Assembly: GCA_016839555.1 (NCBI GenBank)
Contig: JAEOUA010000011.1
Location: 128,001-192,000 of the forward strand
Direction: 5' to 3'
DNA length: 64,000 nucleotides
Origin: Promethearchaeota archaeon
GTDB taxonomy: Archaea; Asgardarchaeota; Lokiarchaeia; Sigyniarchaeales; SOKP01
Position numbers and translations under genes: made by a program. Shown in pieces: positions 9,525 to 18,820 of the stretch (the stretch's first letter is position 1; each line of letters begins with the position of its first letter). The notes beneath the pieces were generated by a model, which saw nothing but the letters and a program-made list of their open reading frames with translations, did no database searches and was not told where the DNA came from.

Positions 9525-10460
9525 ATGAAAGTTGAAAAATCAAGTCAAGACTTAGAGAATGAAGTGATATACGCAGGATTGTGTATCCATTGTGGGAGTT
9601 GTAATGCCTTCTGTCCACATATGGATTTTAATAAGGAAACGGGTGAAGCTTATGTTGTTGATGAGTGCGCAGAAACGATAGGATTGTGTTATAATGCCTG
9701 TCCACGCAGTTTTTTACCTATTGAAGAAATTGAACAAAAATTATTTGGAACTAAACGTGTGGATACAGCTGTTGGTGTATATAAGGATATAATTCAAGTG
9801 AAATCGAAGAAAGATGACATTTTATATGATTTAGTAAAAGCTGCTTTTGATAAAGGTATTATAGAACATATAGTGCTCAGTGAAGTACACAGTAAAAAAA
9901 CCCCAGTCGCGTTCCCAGTTGTCGTGGATAATGCGAAAGATGCTAAAAAATATATTCCGAAGAGCACCATCGAAAATGCAGGACCTTTGATCACTGGAAT
10001 TGGTAAAGCATATTTAGATCAAAAAAAGAATGTGGGAATTATTGGAAATCCTTGCCATCTGCAGGGTTTAGGCAAGATTTTAACAAATGATTTTAACACA
10101 GGAACAAGGGAAACTGTTTCTTTAAAAATTGCGTATGCATGCTCATCTGGCGGAATGGATGGATGTAAATATTGTACGGATTTTTCTGGAGAATTCTCTG
10201 ATATCTCTTATTCTCCATGGGGAGCACCTAAAGGTGAAGCACTTTTAATCATCAGAACGGATTTGGGTAAAAAAGTTGTAGATGCAGCAATTGCGAACAA
10301 ATCATTAACTGTAACGGAAAAAAATCCAGATCTTAGTGAGATGAAGAAATTCTTAAATAAGAAGCGTAAGAAAAACTTTAGAACACTCATCGGAGATGCA
10401 ATAATTAATACCAAGTATCTACAGTTAAATTTAGAACAATTAAAAGATCTTATTGAATAA
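9525..10460 (+). CDS. FrhB/FdhB-family (F420 hydrogenase/dehydrogenase beta-like) Fe-S protein, shortened
   Basis: N-terminal CIHCGSCNAFCP and LCYNACP, then GIIGNPCH, GCKYCTDFSGEFSDIS and IIRTDLG. Confidence 0.8.
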   Translation: MKVEKSSQDLENEVIYAGLCIHCGSCNAFCPHMDFNKETGEAYVVDECAETIGLCYNACPRSFLPIEEIEQKLFGTKRVDTAVGVYKDIIQVKSKKDDILYDLVKAAFDKGIIEHIVLSEVHSKKTPVAFPVVVDNAKDAKKYIPKSTIENAGPLITGIGKAYLDQKKNVGIIGNPCHLQGLGKILTNDFNTGTRETVSLKIAYACSSGGMDGCKYCTDFSGEFSDISYSPWGAPKGEALLIIRTDLGKKVVDAAIANKSLTVTEKNPDLSEMKKFLNKKRKKNFRTLIGDAIINTKYLQLNLEQLKDLIE

Positions 10461-10679
10461 GAGATCCTTTATATTTATTATTTTATTTCGTTTTCTTCTT
10501 TTTATTCATTAATGAAATGTATTTAAATTCATTTTATATCCATTTTTCATAAATAATTTAATAATCTTATTTTTATTTTCAAAGCTCATATTTTAAATAT
10601 GATGGAATACATTATTTGATCTAACAATTTTGGAAAAATTTTGTAAAATAATTTTTCCCTTCAACCATATAAATCGGAC

Positions 10680-10720
10680 CCAGATTTGTGGGAAAATTTT
10701 CCCCCCAAAACGCAGTCTGG
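10680..10720. promoter_or_regulatory. Inverted repeat with a perfect 14-bp palindromic core (GGGAAAATTTTCCC, 10690-10703) upstream of tfb
   Basis: CCAGATTTGTG (10680-10690) pairs with CGCAGTCTGG (10711-10720). It is GC-rich relative to the surrounding AT-rich spacer. Confidence 0.45.
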
Positions 10721-10814
10721 ATTAATATAATATAATAGTTAGAAATAAATACAAAAATTTTTATATAAGTCATAACAATAATATTTATAAATTATTATTG
10801 AAAATATTTTGACA

Positions 10815-10875
10815 ATAATTGGAAGGGGGGAGGGCATTGATTAAAAGAACTACGTTCCCTCTTCTTCTTAATTAT
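10815..10875 (+). promoter_or_regulatory. Putative G-U-rich hairpin in the tfb 5' leader
   Basis: ATAATTGGAAGGGGGGAGGGC pairs with GTTCCCTCTTCTTCTTAATTAT. It lies downstream of TATA-like TTTATATA (about 10760) and TTTATAAA (about 10785). Confidence 0.45.
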
Positions 10876-10917
10876 AAAAAAATATACATATAAAAAAAAG
10901 AAAAAAAGTGAAGAAAA

Positions 10918-11871
10918 ATGTCAGAGAATTATAGAGAAAGGCTTCGAAGGAAGAATCTATGTGAAACTGATGCAGATTTAGGAAATCTGGAATGTTGTGA
11001 TAATCCATGTATTGAGCGAAGAGACGGTAATGCAGTTTGTATTAACTGCGGAATGGTCTACGGAAAGAATATCGTAAAAAATGAAAGGAGAGCGTATACA
11101 GCACAAGAAGTAGAGAGTCGAAGACAAACAGAGCCTCGTTGGAGAGGGTTTGGACCGCGAACTATTTTGCCAAATGATAATGTAGATTCAAAAGGCAATA
11201 AATTAAACGTAAAAGATAAGACACTCTTTTCCAGATTATCAAAGATTCAGCAATCATTAATTTCCAGCATCGAAAGAAATTTCTGGGAAGCGAAACCAAA
11301 ATTGAAAATGCTTATTTCCAAATTAAACATTCCAGAATATATCGAAGAGACTGCCTGGAGGATTTATACGGAAGTAGCGAAAAGAAAATTGACCATGGGA
11401 CGCTCTATTGATGGATTCATCGGTGCCTCACTGTATGCGGCCATCCGAATTCATGAATTTCCTAGATTACTTGAAGAAGTAAGTGATGCGTCTATGACAA
11501 GTAGACACACAATAATCAGATCGCTGGGTATGATCATTAAACAAATTTTGCCTGATTTAAACTTGAAATATCGCCCAATAACCAGTGAACAATTGATTTT
11601 TAGATTCGGAAATGATTTAGGATTACCATTAAACACACAAAAAGAAGCGTTAAATTTATTGCGAAACTCTTCTACGGGAGGACTTAACCGAATTGGAAAG
11701 GATCCAAAAGGGTTTGCTGCCTCCGTGTTGTATATGGCTGCAAAGAAAACAAATGAACGTAAAACACAAGCGGAAGTATCGGAAGTAGCTGGGATAACAG
11801 AAGTTACTTTAAGATCACGTGTTAAAGACATTAAAACTGGATTAAAGAAGCAATCTTTAAAAAATAGTTAA
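10918..11871 (+). CDS. tfb: Transcription initiation factor IIB (TFB) family protein, divergent paralog
   Basis: Zn-ribbon (CC...CINCG) and two cyclin folds: GRSIDGFIGASLYAAIR, GKDPKGFAASVLY and TQAEVSEVAGITEVTLRSR. Confidence 0.9.
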   Translation: MSENYRERLRRKNLCETDADLGNLECCDNPCIERRDGNAVCINCGMVYGKNIVKNERRAYTAQEVESRRQTEPRWRGFGPRTILPNDNVDSKGNKLNVKDKTLFSRLSKIQQSLISSIERNFWEAKPKLKMLISKLNIPEYIEETAWRIYTEVAKRKLTMGRSIDGFIGASLYAAIRIHEFPRLLEEVSDASMTSRHTIIRSLGMIIKQILPDLNLKYRPITSEQLIFRFGNDLGLPLNTQKEALNLLRNSSTGGLNRIGKDPKGFAASVLYMAAKKTNERKTQAEVSEVAGITEVTLRSRVKDIKTGLKKQSLKNS

Positions 11872-12076
11872 AAATCCTTAAATTTTTTAACATTTAATCC
11901 TTAAATCGTTCGAAATTTGAACAAATATAATTTGTATTAGTTTTTATATAGTATTTTTCCTTTTGAAGTTATGAAGTAAGAAATTTTTTAAATATTATTC
12001 TTTTTGAAAGAAGTTAGAATATCTTACAGATATTTTAGCATTCTGTTTTTTTATTTTTTATAAATCTTATCTATTT

Positions 12077-12361
12077 TTAGTCATCAAGAAACCTGCCACA
12101 GGTATCTTCTAAATGTTTAATGAGATGATCTCTATCTTTCCAAATAATCCACGAATTCCCTAATTTCTCGAAGTGAAATCCCTCGTATTGTTCCTTTTTT
12201 AATTTTGTTAATAATTTCTTAATATATGTCCAAGATAATCCGGTATCATCAACTATTGTTGAGATATCTACTGGTTTATTTACTTTTAACTCTTTATTTA
12301 TATATTTAACAAGTCTTTCAAATGCAGGTGTTGGTGAGGTATCCTCCTTTTCGGATGTAAT
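12077..12361 (-). CDS. Small winged-helix-like protein (94 aa) with an ATT start
   Basis: Not in the track. Manual translation gives (M)TSEKEDTSPTPAFERLVKYINKELKVNKPVDISTIVDDTGLSWTYIKKLLTKLKKEQYEGFHFEKLGNSWIIWKDRDHLIKHLEDTCGRFLDD*. A GGTGA SD lies 7 nt before the ATT. Confidence 0.7.
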   Translation of the reverse strand: MTSEKEDTSPTPAFERLVKYINKELKVNKPVDISTIVDDTGLSWTYIKKLLTKLKKEQYEGFHFEKLGNSWIIWKDRDHLIKHLEDTCGRFLDD

Positions 12362-12473
12362 AATTTTATCACCTTTAGATAAATTGGTAGAAAAGAGTCT
12401 TTTTTCTCATTATGTAAAAAAGATTAATATTTAATATAGGTTTTTATCTTTTATTTGAAATAGTAATAAAGGA

Positions 12474-13655
12474 TTATTTCATTTCTAAAAACTCTCCTGA
12501 TATTAACAATTTACAGGGTTTAAGATACGATAATCCTGATGTTTCAGAAAAGTTTTCCAATAATTGAGCCCATTCTTTATAGTGCCTCTTCCCAACACTA
12601 AAAGGTCCAGGCATATTCATGGCGGCAATAACTGCTTTATCAATTTCTTTATAGCTATTAATAACATTCTCCTCCAATAATCTACAGGCCTCATTTAATT
12701 GAATTGCCATAAATATTTCAAGATTAAATAATCCCGCCTTTTCGGGCAGATCCATTTTAGGTTTTTCTTTTTCTGTCCATTCATAAAAACCTTTTCCTGA
12801 TTTTCTCCCCAATTTTTCTCCCTCTACAAAGTTTTTAAGCGTTTCGGCAGGAGTAAAATCCTTGGAAAGTTTTTCAGCAAAATAATTAAAACTGTCATAG
12901 ATTACATCCAGCCCTAAATAATCCCATTTGGCATACGGTCCCAAGCCTCCTTGTAAAGAAACAACATCAGCATCAATTTGTTTGTAGGAGATTCCTTTTC
13001 TTTTGCATTCTTTTAACAACCAATTAAGATAAATGCTCCCCGCAGCAGTTATTCTATTTATAACAAAACCGGGGGTTTCTTTTTCAATTTTAATTATCAT
13101 TCTCTCTCCCTTCAGACAAGGTAAGGAATTTAGAAATTTTTCTCCAATTTTTACAGTCTCATTTGATGTTTTTTCTCCTTTAATAAGCTCTATAGCTCTT
13201 AATATGATAATGGGAATAAAAAAATGCATCCCTATTACTTTATCGGGCTTTTCTGATTTTGAAGCGATTTCCGTTATGGGCATATTGGATGTATTAGATG
13301 CAAGGATAGTATGATTTGGAGTTATTTGAGATAATTTCCTGAATAAATCCTGTTTGAGCTTCATATTTTCTGGAATTGCTTCAATAATAAAATCGGCTTT
13401 CTCTACCGCTTGATTGATATGTTCTGTTTTTTCTAGATTCTTAAAAAGGTCATCTGCAGAAGCACCTAGAGACAATTGATTTTTTTTCTCAAGCGCTAAT
13501 ATATTATTTCTAATAAATTCTTCAGCATTTTCTACTTTATTTTTATCAATATCATATAGATTGACTTGATATCCTCCCATTAAAACAACTTGAGCTATTT
13601 CTCGTCCCATAATTCCATTACCAACAACTGTTACCCTTCGAATTTTATTTGTCAT
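12474..13655 (-). CDS. 3-hydroxyacyl-CoA dehydrogenase family protein
   Basis: VVGNGIMGREIA, IIEAIPE, ASNTS, GMHFF, PGFVINR and LGRKSGKGFY, with a duplicated C-terminal domain. Confidence 0.9.
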   Translation of the reverse strand: MTNKIRRVTVVGNGIMGREIAQVVLMGGYQVNLYDIDKNKVENAEEFIRNNILALEKKNQLSLGASADDLFKNLEKTEHINQAVEKADFIIEAIPENMKLKQDLFRKLSQITPNHTILASNTSNMPITEIASKSEKPDKVIGMHFFIPIIILRAIELIKGEKTSNETVKIGEKFLNSLPCLKGERMIIKIEKETPGFVINRITAAGSIYLNWLLKECKRKGISYKQIDADVVSLQGGLGPYAKWDYLGLDVIYDSFNYFAEKLSKDFTPAETLKNFVEGEKLGRKSGKGFYEWTEKEKPKMDLPEKAGLFNLEIFMAIQLNEACRLLEENVINSYKEIDKAVIAAMNMPGPFSVGKRHYKEWAQLLENFSETSGLSYLKPCKLLISGEFLEMK

Positions 13656-13677
13656 TTCTAAATTAATCTCATTTAGC

Positions 13678-14871
13678 TTATTTATTATTTAAATCAGAAA
13701 TAGTAGCGACGGTTGCTTTTGTTATTTTTGCAAGGAAATTAAAATCTAATTTTTCTATGGTATCTGCTTGCGTATGATAAAACGGGAATCGAAAATTGGC
13801 TGTATCTGTGAAAAATAATCCGGGAATATTTTCCTTCCAGAAAGGTCCATGATCTGATCGTAATAGATCTGGAAAAATGCTTGCAATTTGCTGATATCCG
13901 ATGTTAAAATGAGCGTATGCATAAGGAAGGTCTATCATTTCATTAGATGCATTCTGAGAGAAGGCTTCAATTATTTCATCAGAGCCTTTTGAAGCAATAA
14001 TAGTAATAAAATCCCCGATCATTTTATCAAAATCAACTTTATGGGTTTTAAAAATGCTTCTAAGTATTCTCGGAGACATTGAGGCAGGAAACCACTGACT
14101 ATTCCGTTTTTGGTTTGTATAGGCAATTGTATCAAAACATAATATACCTTTTATTTCTTTTTTGTTTTCAAGAGCTTCTTTTAACCATATTTCGCTGCCT
14201 ATAGTATAATAATCTTTTCCTTTTTTATCTATATCACCAAAAAAATCGTCACAGAATTTAAAATATGTTTGAACCTTAGGAGGAGTTTCTAAATTTATTT
14301 TTTTTATTGCCTCTTGATGAGACTTAATATAGGATTGACCCTCATTCCTAAAAGAATTAAAAAGATCATTGTATTTACTCATAAATTCGTGAATTTTTAA
14401 TGATAAATATCTATTATTTTTATTCGTTATCCCAAGTTGCTTTGCTTTTTTCTTACATTTTAATTCTATATAGGGATCTCCTTCTTCTAATGAAAAGCTT
14501 ATAAAACGTATATTATATTCCTTTTTTTTCTGAGCTAAAACTCTAGCGCATTCCAGCATTAAAGCAATACCTGAGGCATTATCATTAGCTCCAGGGCAAT
14601 TTGCAACAGTATCATAATGAGAGAGAATTAATAGTTCTGGCTGCAAGTCATTCCCAATATATCCTTCTATATTTCTAAATGCTTCATCAAATCCTTGAAT
14701 ATTAAATTCCTGTTGATTTGTTGATAAGCCAAATTTATTAAATTCTGCTATAATATAATCCGCCGCATTATTTAATTTATCTAAATTTTTAATTGGATGC
14801 CTTGGTCCCTCTAATTTTAAAATATGTTCGTAAAGAATTTTAGGATTGACTTTATTAATTAGATTTTCCAT
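13678..14871 (-). CDS. M28-family metallopeptidase
   Basis: SHYDT, PGANDNASG, FSLEE, RSDHGPFW and YHTQADT. No signal peptide is evident. Confidence 0.9.
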   Translation of the reverse strand: MENLINKVNPKILYEHILKLEGPRHPIKNLDKLNNAADYIIAEFNKFGLSTNQQEFNIQGFDEAFRNIEGYIGNDLQPELLILSHYDTVANCPGANDNASGIALMLECARVLAQKKKEYNIRFISFSLEEGDPYIELKCKKKAKQLGITNKNNRYLSLKIHEFMSKYNDLFNSFRNEGQSYIKSHQEAIKKINLETPPKVQTYFKFCDDFFGDIDKKGKDYYTIGSEIWLKEALENKKEIKGILCFDTIAYTNQKRNSQWFPASMSPRILRSIFKTHKVDFDKMIGDFITIIASKGSDEIIEAFSQNASNEMIDLPYAYAHFNIGYQQIASIFPDLLRSDHGPFWKENIPGLFFTDTANFRFPFYHTQADTIEKLDFNFLAKITKATVATISDLNNK

Positions 14872-14927
14872 GCTTAGTTGATAAGTTTTTTAAAAGTATT
14901 CTAACTTTCTTACTGTTAAAATTAATA

Positions 14928-15965
14928 TTAAATAATATATACAAAAATAGCCCATGAAATTAAAAATGTACCAAGCCCGAGAAAAATTGAAATTGGCAAT
15001 CCCGGCAATATTTTATTTCTTTTCAAACCCTGGATGGTTATACCTGTTCCTATTATTATAGCAAGTGCAGTTAATATCAAAATGATAATATTTTCTGTAA
15101 TAACTAAAGTAGCTGATGTGAGCATACTATAAAAAACTAAATCACCAATTCCTAGTTCCAATTTGGAGGTATCATATTCAAATTCACCAGTTTTTATTTT
15201 TTCTTCAATTTCCTCATCAGAAATATCAGAAGCAAGATCAATCATCTGTTTAATGGGCCCTTTCTTGTAAAGTACGGCAAAAATATCCCATAAGGATATG
15301 CCTATAAGAATAGCGATTGTTGTCCAGAGCGGCATCATTATGCCTAATAAAGCCCCTGTAAGAAGTCCCACATATAATATGATAAAATTTTTTATGAAAA
15401 GACTCTCGGTTGTAAAATATTTATACATCATATAAATGCTAACAGCAATAATACCAATTAACATAATATAATAAGTGATATCATAGATTAATTGAATGTT
15501 AGAAAAAGGTGGGAGAGAGATAAAGATAAGATATAATATAATTTCAGCAAAAAATAGCGTCTGTAGGATGATCAAAAAACCAATACTAAAGCCAAAAATA
15601 TATTTTAAAACATTTATTCCTTTCTTTTTTACTAAAAAAATGATAATAAATGCAGAAACTACGGCAATTACTGTAAAGATAATACCGTTTAATAATCCTG
15701 CAGTAAATCCGTATTCTGCTTCTGAGAAATATCCTCCTTCTATTTGAATTCCCGCGACACAATATGTTAAATATGTCAAGAATCCCGCACAAATAATAGC
15801 AATCAATACAGGAATAGGATAAAATATTCTTTTTACTGTGAAAGTGGGAAAAAAATGAGGAACAAACTTTTTTTCTACTAATTTTTTTTCTAATTCTTCA
15901 TTTAATTCCTTAGATCTCAGAGGCTCACTATTACTTAGTTCGTTTTTATTATGGTTATCAGACAT
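14928..15965 (-). CDS. Presenilin-family GxGD intramembrane aspartyl protease
   Basis: About 9 TM segments, with SLWDIFAVL-x-KKGP, LGIGDLVFYSML and LPGLPISI (a PAL motif variant). Confidence 0.92.
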   Translation of the reverse strand: MSDNHNKNELSNSEPLRSKELNEELEKKLVEKKFVPHFFPTFTVKRIFYPIPVLIAIICAGFLTYLTYCVAGIQIEGGYFSEAEYGFTAGLLNGIIFTVIAVVSAFIIIFLVKKKGINVLKYIFGFSIGFLIILQTLFFAEIILYLIFISLPPFSNIQLIYDITYYIMLIGIIAVSIYMMYKYFTTESLFIKNFIILYVGLLTGALLGIMMPLWTTIAILIGISLWDIFAVLYKKGPIKQMIDLASDISDEEIEEKIKTGEFEYDTSKLELGIGDLVFYSMLTSATLVITENIIILILTALAIIIGTGITIQGLKRNKILPGLPISIFLGLGTFLISWAIFVYII

Positions 15966-16192
15966 AATTATGAAAATATTTCTTTTAATATAGTAATCAA
16001 TAGTTATTTAAATAAAAAATGCTTTTAAAACAAATGTCTTATTTCTTTTCCTAACAAAATAGTATTTAAACATTACTATTGCATCTTTTGAACTGGCATT
16101 TTGCTCTTATTTCGATCTATATTTTTTAATAAGAAAATCTAAATATTGAAATTGTTTTAATCATAATAGTAATAAAAAGATCTGGATTCCAA

Positions 16193-16990
16193 ATGAATCG
16201 ATATGAAAAATATAAAAGGAAAATTAAAAGGTATTATAACACAATTTCGAGATACAAGGTGAAATTAAAGAGAAAATTCATTAAATTGAAACATCTTATT
16301 ATAGAAATTGGGATCTCAAAAGACGAATTTTCCTTAATAGAGCCAAAAACACGAAAAATTTCATATCCATGTCATTTGGGGGTAATTATTATTGGAGACT
16401 TTAAGAATAATATATTCACTATTATTAGAAAAAATTTAATGGGTATTTTTGGGCCCTTCTTTTATGATATTCATGATCTGGGGAAAAAAGATTCTTTAGA
16501 TTATTTTCCGGGTGATATTTTTAAGAAGGGAATAAAAAGAGAATTAAAAGAGAATAAAAAATCTTTAGAGACCCTACGTCTTCATCCCACTAAAAAATTC
16601 CATCAGCTATTAATTGAGAAGAAAAAAGAATATGATGTGGATATTATCTTAGCGATCACCGACCTTCCCTTGTATTCTAGCTATGATAAGCAAATTATTT
16701 TCCTTTTTGGCGAAACAAACTTGAAGCATTTTTGTTCAATAGTATCATCTTTTAATTTGAAAGAAGAATTCTATGAACGGCATCATAATTATAATATATT
16801 TACACGAAGATTAATAAAAGAAGCTATACATGAAGTAGGTCATTTAATTTTGGGACCAGAGCATTGTTCAAATGATTTTTGTGTAATGAAATATTCATCT
16901 GACATTTCAGATATCGACCAAAAGTCGATTCATCTCTGCGCCGAATGTTATAAAAAATTAGCAACCCAAAGAAAAAAATATAATCTTTAA
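16193..16990 (+). CDS. Archaemetzincin-family Zn metalloprotease with a basic N-terminal extension
   Basis: KEAIHEVGHLILGPEHC-x4-CVMxYS...D-x-K...LCAEC. Confidence 0.88.
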   Translation: MNRYEKYKRKIKRYYNTISRYKVKLKRKFIKLKHLIIEIGISKDEFSLIEPKTRKISYPCHLGVIIIGDFKNNIFTIIRKNLMGIFGPFFYDIHDLGKKDSLDYFPGDIFKKGIKRELKENKKSLETLRLHPTKKFHQLLIEKKKEYDVDIILAITDLPLYSSYDKQIIFLFGETNLKHFCSIVSSFNLKEEFYERHHNYNIFTRRLIKEAIHEVGHLILGPEHCSNDFCVMKYSSDISDIDQKSIHLCAECYKKLATQRKKYNL

Positions 16991-17005
16991 AATTTTTAAA
17001 ATATT

Positions 17006-18253
17006 TTAGAAATAAATGTTTGGATTTTGACGAGCGAAATTTTTCACTATTTCTACTCTTTCTCTTCGTGCCTTTCCATAATATCTTAAGGGATATAATT
17101 CATTAATAGTTAATTCATAGATTTTTACCCAATTCTTTGCCACATTTTCGATCCTATGACTTTCAGCAACTTTTCGCGCGTTTTTTCCAAATTCTTTTCT
17201 AAGATCATCATCTTTCAATAATTTCACTATATAATCTTCGAATTCACTTAAATTATTTGCTAGATACCCCGTTTTTCCATGCTTAATTACATCAGCTATT
17301 CCGCTTCCATTCGCCCCTACATTCGGTGTGCCTTGAGCCATTGCCTCTAATAATACTAACCCTTCCGCTTCTACCCAAGACCATAAACAAGATACATCTG
17401 CTGTATTATAAAGCTTAATTAAATCATCGAAAGGTACTCTTCCCGCATAGGATATAAAATCTCTATATTTTCGTTTATTTACAATCCGTTTTACTGAATT
17501 AGAAGAAGGACCATTTTCTCCAACCAATAAGAGATGGGCATCGGGTATCCTTTTATGAATATCTTTAAATTGTTTAATAATTCTTATGGGATGTTTTTCT
17601 GGAGATAATCTTGCAACATTTAATAGTACTTTTTTGTCCTCTATTCCATATTTTTCTCGTATTCCATTGGGTTTCGGATGTTGAAAATATAAATCACTTA
17701 TTCCGTTTGTCAGGGAGATGATAGGTTCCTTAAATTTATATTCCAATAACATTTCTTTTTTTGTTTTGGTTGGAACATGACATAAATCGTATTTTTCCAA
17801 AGCTAATCGTTCATACCACCAGAGAAATTCATTCTTTACTAGCATTTTTCCAATAATCGGAAGATATTGAGAAGAGTAAAAAGTCATTGGACTATGGTGG
17901 CTTCCAACCATCGGAATTCCGTTTCTTTTTGCCCAGTGTATTCCAAGCGCGCCAATTGATGCGTGAGTCTGTAAATGAATCACATCTAAATATTTAGGGC
18001 CCGGCATAAAAGCTCTGTGAAGGGGAAAACTAAGTACAAAACCAGTGCTTTCTGCTACTCGAGCACCTCCAAGAGAGTGATAATGTAAAGTTTTTGGTTT
18101 TCCATTATGGCCGTTTTCTATTCGTGGTGCAAAAATGTGCACATTATGACCTAGTTTTGCTAATGCTTCGCTTAAAAATCTGCAAGCATGAGCAGAACCA
18201 TTTGTTTGGCTATAAAGACAAGAGAACATGCCGATTGACAATTTCTTCGTCAT
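17006..18253 (-). CDS. GT4-family glycosyltransferase
   Basis: NG N-terminal loop, VARLSPEK and EAEGLVLLEAMAQGTP. Confidence 0.9.
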   Translation of the reverse strand: MTKKLSIGMFSCLYSQTNGSAHACRFLSEALAKLGHNVHIFAPRIENGHNGKPKTLHYHSLGGARVAESTGFVLSFPLHRAFMPGPKYLDVIHLQTHASIGALGIHWAKRNGIPMVGSHHSPMTFYSSQYLPIIGKMLVKNEFLWWYERLALEKYDLCHVPTKTKKEMLLEYKFKEPIISLTNGISDLYFQHPKPNGIREKYGIEDKKVLLNVARLSPEKHPIRIIKQFKDIHKRIPDAHLLLVGENGPSSNSVKRIVNKRKYRDFISYAGRVPFDDLIKLYNTADVSCLWSWVEAEGLVLLEAMAQGTPNVGANGSGIADVIKHGKTGYLANNLSEFEDYIVKLLKDDDLRKEFGKNARKVAESHRIENVAKNWVKIYELTINELYPLRYYGKARRERVEIVKNFARQNPNIYF

Positions 18254-18468
18254 TTTGAAGTATTTAGGCCATATGTGATTGATTATTTATCTAGATGTTT
18301 GTTTGTTTAAATACTTATCTAGACGATTTTGGTATTAATAAAAAAATAAGATTTCAAATAATAAAAACCTTTTTTTCAATATTTTTTTGAACTAATATTA
18401 TATTTCTATCTTTCTGAGCTCTATATTCCAATCAAAAATCTTTTTTGGCACGAATAATTCTTTATTAT

Positions 18469-18648
18469 ATGGACAAAGTAGAGAAAAAAAAGATTATACA
18501 AGATATTATTAGAAAGAGACGACTCCCGTATTCTTTAGATTTAATAGAAGTTCAAGGGAATAAATATCGAATCGTGAATAATTTTGGTTCTGAAATTGTA
18601 TATATTAAGAAAGATGATGAATATTATTTAGAAAATGAATTAGAATAA
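18469..18648 (+). CDS. Small hypothetical protein
   Basis: ORF 18445-18648, with a likely start at the internal ATG (MDKVEKKK...). Confidence 0.55.
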   Translation: MDKVEKKKIIQDIIRKRRLPYSLDLIEVQGNKYRIVNNFGSEIVYIKKDDEYYLENELE

Positions 18649-18820
18649 AAAATTATTTTATTACTAAATAGATTATATTAATTCTATATAGTAGTTAAGA
18701 ATTTAAGATTGTGTTTTTTCTATATAAAATAGGAAAAAAGTACGTAATTTAAAAAAAAATAAAAACTCGTGATTAATCATTCGTCGAGTAGAGTCCAGAT
18801 CAGACAGAACGGAAAATAAA

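Noticed and set aside
9525-10460. Possible selenoprotein (UGA readthrough) among the redox genes
   Set aside because: There is no in-frame TGA in the FrhB-like gene or the C1 enzymes; all end at plausible positions.
10690-10703. Resemblance of GGGAAAATTTTCCC to an NF-kB site
   Set aside because: No Rel-family factor is expected or seen, so the similarity is treated as coincidental.
13678-14871. M28 protein as a true nicastrin orthologue
   Set aside because: It has no signal peptide or C-terminal TM and keeps its catalytic metal ligands. Only the adjacency to presenilin is reported.
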